Assembly: GCA_965248195.1 (NCBI GenBank)
Contig: CBDFIQ010000002.1
Span: 672,001-736,000 of the forward strand
DNA length: 64,000 nt
Direction of reading: 5' to 3'
Origin: Longimicrobiales bacterium
Lineage (GTDB): Bacteria > Gemmatimonadota > Gemmatimonadetes > Longimicrobiales > Gaopeijiaceae
The notes beneath the pieces are model-generated. The model was given only the letters and a program-made list of their open reading frames with translations, had not been told where the DNA came from and ran no database searches. Shown here in pieces: positions 57,510 to 64,000 of the stretch. Every line of letters begins with the position of its first letter. The stretch's first letter is position 1. The translations under genes were made by a program, and so were the position numbers.

Positions 57510-58874
57510 GTGTTGGGAAGTAAGCGTAGAGTTGTCTACTTGGCCGCCGCCATCACCATCGTAGGGACGCTGGCCGTGGCGCTCCCTCTGGCTGCGCCGG
57601 CCCACGAGACGCCCGCAGACGTGACGGTTCAGGCGTTTCTCAAGCCCGAGGGACAAACGCTTCGGCTCCTCCTCCGGGTGCCACTGACCGCGATGCAGGA
57701 CATCATCTTCCCGACGCGCGGCCCAGGGTACCTGGAAATCGACGAGGCGGATCCGGAACTCGAAGAGGGCGCGGTGCTGTGGATCGTCCAACCGTTACAG
57801 CTGTTCGAAGACGGGACCCAACTGCCTTTCCCCGAGATCGCTGCCATCAAGGTCTCGATTCCGTCCGATCGGTCGTTCCGGGAGTATGACACGGCTCTGG
57901 AGCATGTCTTCGGCCCCAAGCTGTCTAACGACATCGAACTCATATGGCAGCAGGCCCTGCTCGACGTGTTGCTCGAGTATCCGATTCAATCCGAGGATTC
58001 GGAGTTCTCGATCCACCCGGGGCTGGAGCGCCTCGCGTCCCGGGTCCAAATGGTACTCCGGTTCATGCCGCCAAACGGTGTGGTGCGAGCGTTCCAATTT
58101 GTCGGTGACCCGGGACTCGTCCCTCTCGACCCGCGCTGGCATCAGGCGGCCTTTCGGTTCGTGAAGTCCGGTTTCCTCCACATCCTGGACGGCATCGACC
58201 ACCTGCTTTTTCTCCTCTGTCTGGTCATTCCGTTCCGGCGGTTCAACGCGTTGGTGCCGATCGTAACGGCCTTCACGGTGGCCCACTCCGTCACACTGAT
58301 CGCTTCCGCATACGGCTTTGCCCCCGGTGGGCTCTGGTTCCCACCGCTCGTGGAGACGCTGATTGCGGCTTCGATCCTGTACATGGCATTGGAGAACGTG
58401 GTGGGCGCCAGCGTGCGGCGGCGCTGGATCATCACATTCGGGTTCGGACTCATTCATGGCTTTGGGTTCTCCTTCGCGCTCCGCGAATCGCTTCAGTTCG
58501 CAGGCGGCCACTTGCTGACGTCCCTTTTGTCGTTCAACGTCGGGGTCGAAATCGGACAGTTGCTGGTCCTCGCGCTGTGTATTCCTGCGCTCGAGGTCCT
58601 TTTCCGCTACGTCGTTGCGGAGCGCGTGGGCACGATCATCCTTTCGGTCCTCGTGGCACACACCGGATGGCATTGGATGGCGGAGCGCGCGGTCGTCTTC
58701 AGCCAATACCAGATCCAGTGGCCCGCGCTCAGCGTAGGCCTCTTCCTTTCACTGCTGGGTTGGCTGCTTCTGGCCCTGATCGTCGGTGGCCTGGGATGGC
58801 TGGCGTTTGGTATGCTGTGGAATCCTGCGGCGAGGGGTCCCGTTGGCGAAGCTACGCCCGCTCCGGAGGAGTAG
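57510..58874 (+). CDS. HupE/UreJ family protein
   Basis: AH at mature N-terminus, HILDGIDHLLF, TAFTVAHSVTL, FGLIHGFGF, FNVGVEIGQ. Confidence 0.88.
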   Translation: MLGSKRRVVYLAAAITIVGTLAVALPLAAPAHETPADVTVQAFLKPEGQTLRLLLRVPLTAMQDIIFPTRGPGYLEIDEADPELEEGAVLWIVQPLQLFEDGTQLPFPEIAAIKVSIPSDRSFREYDTALEHVFGPKLSNDIELIWQQALLDVLLEYPIQSEDSEFSIHPGLERLASRVQMVLRFMPPNGVVRAFQFVGDPGLVPLDPRWHQAAFRFVKSGFLHILDGIDHLLFLLCLVIPFRRFNALVPIVTAFTVAHSVTLIASAYGFAPGGLWFPPLVETLIAASILYMALENVVGASVRRRWIITFGFGLIHGFGFSFALRESLQFAGGHLLTSLLSFNVGVEIGQLLVLALCIPALEVLFRYVVAERVGTIILSVLVAHTGWHWMAERAVVFSQYQIQWPALSVGLFLSLLGWLLLALIVGGLGWLAFGMLWNPAARGPVGEATPAPEE

Positions 58875-58935
58875 GGGTCCCTGAGCTTCGCCCTCCTCTC
58901 GACGCCGGCCGTCTCCCAGACACACTTTGAGTGCC

Positions 58936-58968
58936 AGTGCCCGGTGACCCGAACGGTCACCGGCCACT
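58936..58968. terminator. Hairpin between convergent genes
   Basis: CCGGTGACC/GGTCACCGG stem extended by AGTG/CACT. Confidence 0.5.
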
Positions 58969-58979
58969 TCCTTAGGCGC

Positions 58980-60746
58980 TCAGTACGCCATCCCGTACGC
59001 CTCGCGCCGCGGGTCGGCCGCCGCCGTGAGCGTCCCCGATGGCTCGACCCGAATCATCTGGGCCCCGCCGAAGGTCGCCGTCCAACCATGGATCACGCGA
59101 GGCTCGTGGCCCCGCCCGCTCAGATCCGAAAGGACATCCGCGGGAATCCGATCCTCGAAGCTCACTCCGAGGCCGTTATTGCTCCGAAAGCGGGGCGCCT
59201 CGATCGCGGCCTGGGGCGTCATCCCGAAGAGGAGCATATTGTTCACGATCTGGATCAGGGACTGCGTCTGGCTGTCCCCACCCGGAGTGCCGAGTGTGAA
59301 GGCCAGGCTACCGTCCGGGTTCAACGCCATCAGAGGTGTGAGCGTGTGGTACGGCCGCTTGCCGGGCGCGACCACGTCGGGATGGTTCGGGTCGAGCGTG
59401 AACCCCGACCCGCGATTCTGGAGGACGACGCCCGTTTCGGGCTCCAGCAATCCCGAACCGAACCCGGCGAACAGGCTTTGGATCCAACTCACGGCGTTGC
59501 CCCTCTCGTCGACCGCCGTGATATAGACCGTGTCCCCGGAGTCGTCGGTGTCCCCCTGCTGGGCGTCCGTCGAGACACGCCCCTCGATTCCCGGGGCCAC
59601 CTCCTCCGCGGCGTTCGCGCCAATTTTGGCGGCGCGCTCCCGCAGGTATGCTGCGTCGAGAAGTTCGTCGATGGGCAGGTCGGTGAACTCGGGGTCTGAG
59701 ACCCAGCGATCCCGATCAGCGAAGGCGAGCTTCTTGAGCTCGATGAGCGTGTGCAGGTAGTCGGCCGTGTTGTGCCCCATCGCGGCCAGGTCATGCTCCG
59801 CGGCCATCCCCATGAGGGAAATCTGGGCGATGCCTTGCGAGTTTGGAGGAAGCACCAGAATGCGGTGATCGAGGTAGCTGCCCTCGACGGGTGTCGTCCA
59901 TGTCGTCTCATGAGCCGCGAAGTCTGCAACGCGGAGGTAACCACCCTCTCGCTCCAGAAACGCGGAAATCGCCTCGGCAGGTACGCCACGGTAAAACGCG
60001 TCTTTACCCCCTTGGGCGATGCGCTCGAGAGTGGTGGCGAGCGCCGGATTTTTCAGAAGCGAGCCGACGGGGGGCGGCGAGCCGCCTGGCAGATAGAGGC
60101 CGAGCCCAGGCTCGTTCAGGCGTTGGGACGCCCCGGCGATGTCGCTCGCGAGGCGGCTGGACACCGGGAATCCGTCCCGCACGTAGGAGATCGCGGGAGC
60201 CAGCGCTTTTGCGAGGGATATAGTGCCGAAACGGGCCAGCGCATCATCCCACGCTGCGACAGCACCCGGGAGGCTGACAGAAAGGGGGCCGGAGCCTGGG
60301 ACGGATTCCTGCCCGGCTTGGGCGAAAAAGGAAGGAGTCGCTAGCGCTCCGGCCCGGCCGCTCCCGTTCATGCCAACGACGTCACCGGTAGCTCCATCGA
60401 AAAAGATACCGAAGGCGTCACCGCCCACCCCGTTCATGTGGGGTCGTACGACGGCCAATACACCGGCCATGGTCACCACCGCGTCCACTGCGTTGCCTCC
60501 TTCTCGGAGAACGGCGTACCCCGCGGCCGTGGCGAGTGGGTGGTCGGAGCTCACGGCTCCATGCACGCCTCGCACGTCAGGGCGATTCGTAACCGGGAAT
60601 TCCACTCCCGGGGCATCGTCCGAGGGGTCGGCTGCCGGGGCACCGCCCGAGGGGTCGGCTCCCGCAGGAGTACAGGCGAACAGGGCGAGGGTAAGGACGG
60701 GAGCGAGGCGAGCGGGAAGGTTTCCCGGATCGAGACGACTTTGCAT
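58980..60746 (-). CDS. ggt: Gamma-glutamyltransferase (lipoprotein)
   Basis: GGNAVDA, GVGGDAF, PPNSQG, DT nucleophile (DTVYIT), LQNRG, PGKRPYHTL, GTPGG, DPRRE. Confidence 0.93.
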   Translation of the reverse strand: MQSRLDPGNLPARLAPVLTLALFACTPAGADPSGGAPAADPSDDAPGVEFPVTNRPDVRGVHGAVSSDHPLATAAGYAVLREGGNAVDAVVTMAGVLAVVRPHMNGVGGDAFGIFFDGATGDVVGMNGSGRAGALATPSFFAQAGQESVPGSGPLSVSLPGAVAAWDDALARFGTISLAKALAPAISYVRDGFPVSSRLASDIAGASQRLNEPGLGLYLPGGSPPPVGSLLKNPALATTLERIAQGGKDAFYRGVPAEAISAFLEREGGYLRVADFAAHETTWTTPVEGSYLDHRILVLPPNSQGIAQISLMGMAAEHDLAAMGHNTADYLHTLIELKKLAFADRDRWVSDPEFTDLPIDELLDAAYLRERAAKIGANAAEEVAPGIEGRVSTDAQQGDTDDSGDTVYITAVDERGNAVSWIQSLFAGFGSGLLEPETGVVLQNRGSGFTLDPNHPDVVAPGKRPYHTLTPLMALNPDGSLAFTLGTPGGDSQTQSLIQIVNNMLLFGMTPQAAIEAPRFRSNNGLGVSFEDRIPADVLSDLSGRGHEPRVIHGWTATFGGAQMIRVEPSGTLTAAADPRREAYGMAY

Positions 60747-60897
60747 TGGGTGGTATCTCCTGTCGACGGATCGATGTTGACGAGCCACGTGGCATCACGT
60801 TAGGGGACGACGTCGCGTTGAGCCAGAGCCCCTACTGGTCTGCCGTGGCCATCCGTCGTAGAGTGGCCTCCACTGTCCCCACCACAGGAGGACCCCG

Positions 60898-61800
60898 ATG
60901 AAGCTGCTGACCTCTACGATCATCGCGAGCGGACTCGGCTTTTTCGCCTTCAACGGCCTCGGCGCCCAGGGCTCTCCCGCGGCCCGCGCACAGACCCAGC
61001 CGGTGAACATGGGGGCCGCACTGAACGCCGCAGGACGGGACTCGGAGCCGACCTTCGGGACCGACCGGCGCACGATGTATTTCAACTGCGCCGACCGGAC
61101 GCCCACGGGTGGAAACGACATCTGCACATCGACGCTGGTCGACGGTGAGTGGACCCCAGCGGTGATCGTCCCTGCGCCGATCAGCACCGAGTATTCAGAG
61201 GTCGAACCCCTCCTCTCTCCCGACGGCAATCAGCTCTACATCATGAGCAATCGACCGGGCGGCCTCGGCAGCGCGGACATCTGGGTGAGCGAAAAGGTCG
61301 ACGGCGAGTGGACTGAGCCGAGGAACCTCGGCGTGCCTTTCAACTCGCCCTATGCAGACCACTGCCTCTACTTCACCGGACCTGATTGGAACATCGCCTA
61401 CTGGACGTCCACCCGGCCCGGCGGGTACGGCGGGAACGACATCTGGATGTCGGAGCGTGTGGACGGCGTCTGGCAGCAGGCCGTGAACCTGGGTTCGCAG
61501 GTCAACTCGGCCGGTAGCGAGCATCATTCGTTGCCCTCGGCCGATGGCCGCTCGCTGTACATCACCGCCACACGGGATGAGGGGTACGGCGAAGAGGACA
61601 TCTACGTGACCCACCGGGACGACCGCGGCGTGTGGGGTCCGCTCGTCAACTTGGGGCCATTGGTGAACACGGAAGAGAACGACCGCTGTCCCGCGTTCTC
61701 CCCCGATTTCGAGATCTTCTACTTCGACTCCGAGAGGGAGGGCGGGTACGGAGACAAGGATCTGTGGTGGGTCTACACGGAGAACATCGGAGCGGGCTAG
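60898..61800 (+). CDS. Secreted PD40 (TolB-like) beta-propeller protein
   Basis: Repeats of P..SPDG..LY..S.RPGG.G..DIW....W..P.NLG..N; no OmpA domain. Confidence 0.85.
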   Translation: MKLLTSTIIASGLGFFAFNGLGAQGSPAARAQTQPVNMGAALNAAGRDSEPTFGTDRRTMYFNCADRTPTGGNDICTSTLVDGEWTPAVIVPAPISTEYSEVEPLLSPDGNQLYIMSNRPGGLGSADIWVSEKVDGEWTEPRNLGVPFNSPYADHCLYFTGPDWNIAYWTSTRPGGYGGNDIWMSERVDGVWQQAVNLGSQVNSAGSEHHSLPSADGRSLYITATRDEGYGEEDIYVTHRDDRGVWGPLVNLGPLVNTEENDRCPAFSPDFEIFYFDSEREGGYGDKDLWWVYTENIGAG

Positions 61801-63809
61801 GAGCGTCCCGGTAGCGTGACCGCCACCAATCCACCCTGGATCTGCACCACAATGTGCTGCCGTCCACGGTGCGTGTACGTCATCATGCCATAACGGCCGC
61901 TGGCCGGCAGCTCGACCTGGCCGAGCCGCTCACCGCTCGCCTTGTTCACGGCATAGAGGTAAGGCGTGCCGTCGCTTCCGTTGCCGGTATAGAACAGAAG
62001 AGTGGGTGTCACCAACTGCGCGGCCTGCTGGCCGCTGCCAGTGTTCCCGATGTCCACGCCCTGGAGGGCAGGGTGCCCGAGAATACGGTTCGGTGTGTCT
62101 CCCACGGGAATCCACCACAGGTGCTCACCCGTATTCATGTCGATCGCCGTAATCCTGCTGTAAGGAGGCTTGAAGATGGGGAGTCCCTGAACGTTGGTCC
62201 GAAAGCCTTGCCCGACGGCGAAGTCGCTGACCGTGGTACCTGTGGGCTGGGGGATCCGGGCGTCGCGCTCGTGGCCGGGAACGATCTCCCGCGAAGTGCA
62301 CCCCTTCTGCGAGGTGATATAGATGATGCCCGTCTCCGGGTCCGCGGCGGGCGTGCCATTGATGTTGGTACCACCGACGTCGCCAGGGCACCAGATCGCT
62401 CCACGCTTTCCGCGGTTGTTGTCCCGGTGTAGCGGCGGCTGGAAGAAGGGCCCGTAGTCGAAGTCCTCGAGGAGCGCCAACGCCTCCTGCCGAAGCTCGG
62501 GCGTGAAGTCGATCAGTTCGTCCTCCGCCAGCCCCTGGAGGTCGTACGGAGCCGGCCGCGTGGGGAAGGGCTGCGTCTCTGCCAGGTGCTCACCGGGGAT
62601 CCGGGACGGGGGAACCGGACGCTCCACGATAGGCCAGATCGGCTCGCCTGTCTCACGGTTGAACGCGTACGCGAACGCCTGCTTGGTGATCTGAACGAGG
62701 GCCGGAATCTCTTCACCTTCTACGATCACGTCCATCAGCACCGGTGCCGTGGAGGTGTCGTAATTCCAGATGTCGTGGTGGACCAACTGGAAATGCCATT
62801 TCCGCTCGCCGGTCCGGACGTCCAGCGCAATGAGGCTCGTGCTGAAGAGGTTGTCGCCCGGGCGGAAGCCACCCCAGAAATCCTGGGTGGCGCCGTTGGT
62901 CGGGATGTATACGAGGTTACGCTCCGGATCGGCCGAGAGTGGCGCCCAGGATGAAATATCGCCCGTCCACTCCCATGCATCGTTCTCCCAAGTGTCGTGG
63001 CCGAACTCGCCGGGGCCGGGAAGCACGTTGAACTTCCAGAGGTGTTCACCCGTACGGGCATCGTACCCCAGGATGTCGCCGGGGACGTTTTCGGGCCGGG
63101 CCTGGTTGTATCCCTGCTCCGCGGAGTTGCCCACGATGATGACGCCGTTTACCACGATCGGCGGTGAAGAGCTCGTGATGTAGCCGATCTCCAAGGGGAT
63201 CCCCGCGTAGGGATCGAAGGGATGGCCCAAGTCCTCCAGCAGGTCGACCGATCCGGTCTCGGGGAAACCGTCGATAGGCACGTGGCCCCCGAAGCCCGCG
63301 ATGGGTTGACCGGTATGCGCATCGAGCGCGTGGAGGAAGAACCCGGGCGACACCACGTAGATGATGTCCCTGCCGTCGATGTTTGCGTAGGCGACCCCCT
63401 TACCATGGTTCTTCCGCATGGAGTACTCCCACCGGAAGGTGCTGGGCTCGCGGAAGGTCCACAGCGTCTCCCCCGTGCCGGCGTCCATGGCAATCACGTA
63501 ACGGCGCTCTCCGGCCACCGTAATCAGCATGCCATCCACATAAATCGGCGTCGGGCGCGCCAGTACGTTCCCGAAACTGGCTCCGTCCCATTCCCAAGCG
63601 ACCTCGAGGTCGTCGAAGTTCCCGGCGGTAATCTGGTCGAGCGGGGAGTACTGCTGGCTCCCCACGTTGCCGCGGATGAAGGTCCATTCAGGCTGACGGC
63701 CAGCGCCGGTCCACTCCTGAGCCGGCGACGGCGCGACGACCAGCGTGCCGAAGGCTAGAGCGACCCAGGCTCCGATAAAAAAAGGACCCGAAGAATGGCG
63801 CTCCTTCAT
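61797..63809 (-). CDS. PQQ-dependent quinoprotein dehydrogenase (glucose/quinate DH-like, no N-terminal membrane domain)
   Basis: YSPLDQIT, SSPP, GDILGYDARTG, WHFQLVHHDIWNYD, KPPYSRITAIDMNTG. Confidence 0.88.
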   Translation of the reverse strand: MKERHSSGPFFIGAWVALAFGTLVVAPSPAQEWTGAGRQPEWTFIRGNVGSQQYSPLDQITAGNFDDLEVAWEWDGASFGNVLARPTPIYVDGMLITVAGERRYVIAMDAGTGETLWTFREPSTFRWEYSMRKNHGKGVAYANIDGRDIIYVVSPGFFLHALDAHTGQPIAGFGGHVPIDGFPETGSVDLLEDLGHPFDPYAGIPLEIGYITSSSPPIVVNGVIIVGNSAEQGYNQARPENVPGDILGYDARTGEHLWKFNVLPGPGEFGHDTWENDAWEWTGDISSWAPLSADPERNLVYIPTNGATQDFWGGFRPGDNLFSTSLIALDVRTGERKWHFQLVHHDIWNYDTSTAPVLMDVIVEGEEIPALVQITKQAFAYAFNRETGEPIWPIVERPVPPSRIPGEHLAETQPFPTRPAPYDLQGLAEDELIDFTPELRQEALALLEDFDYGPFFQPPLHRDNNRGKRGAIWCPGDVGGTNINGTPAADPETGIIYITSQKGCTSREIVPGHERDARIPQPTGTTVSDFAVGQGFRTNVQGLPIFKPPYSRITAIDMNTGEHLWWIPVGDTPNRILGHPALQGVDIGNTGSGQQAAQLVTPTLLFYTGNGSDGTPYLYAVNKASGERLGQVELPASGRYGMMTYTHRGRQHIVVQIQGGLVAVTLPGRS

Positions 63810-64000
63810 GTGAACTTCCCCACTGTTTGGGACTCTTCGGCCTCAGGCGGATCTAAGAAGGGCCGAGCTTGCGGCCTCGAGACCGGACAGGGTGGGGTAC
63901 CAACTGTTGATAGTATGTGTTCCTATGCCGTCGTGCTCGGAAGCGGGGAACCCGCCTTGTAAGCCTCACCCGGGCGCGGTACCATCCGACTTCAACCAAT

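Noticed and set aside
1..64000. tRNA, rRNA, prophage, integron, retron/DGR or defence island
   Set aside because: No cloverleaf, rRNA signature, integrase, reverse transcriptase or phage structural motif was recognised by eye; tRNAscan-SE and Infernal were not run.

Overview
High-GC bacterial chromosomal segment with about 65 protein genes. I found no rRNA, tRNA, CRISPR array, prophage or reverse transcriptase. The gene content suggests Gemmatimonadota (Longimicrobiales-like); this is inference from protein-family flavour only. Recognisable blocks are: an arginine deiminase operon (arcABC); a ring-cleaving dioxygenase/esterase pair; a HAD-desaturase-GNAT-pdxH run; a polyphosphate cluster (CHAD, ppk1, sixA); DNA-repair genes (Fpg/Nei-like, PA0069 radical SAM, AlkA-like); a Tat-exported PaoABC-like molybdoenzyme operon extended by a membrane cytochrome b and an unknown protein; and many secreted lipoproteins and proteases. 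Items the ORF track does not show: (1) a signal-peptide peroxiredoxin with an in-frame UGA at the peroxidatic position and a SECIS-like hairpin (candidate exported selenoprotein) facing a ccdA-tlpA pair; (2) a 303-bp non-coding element with 31-bp terminal inverted repeats and nested hairpins, plus solo copies of its end; (3) an intact IS256-family element with a 9-bp target duplication; (4) an edge-truncated NAL1-like serine protease; (5) two frameshifted genes; (6) a 20-aa amphipathic peptide ORF; (7) candidate PadR, sigma-54 and LexA-like sites and many short tandem duplications. All calls come from reading motifs by eye; no database search was run.
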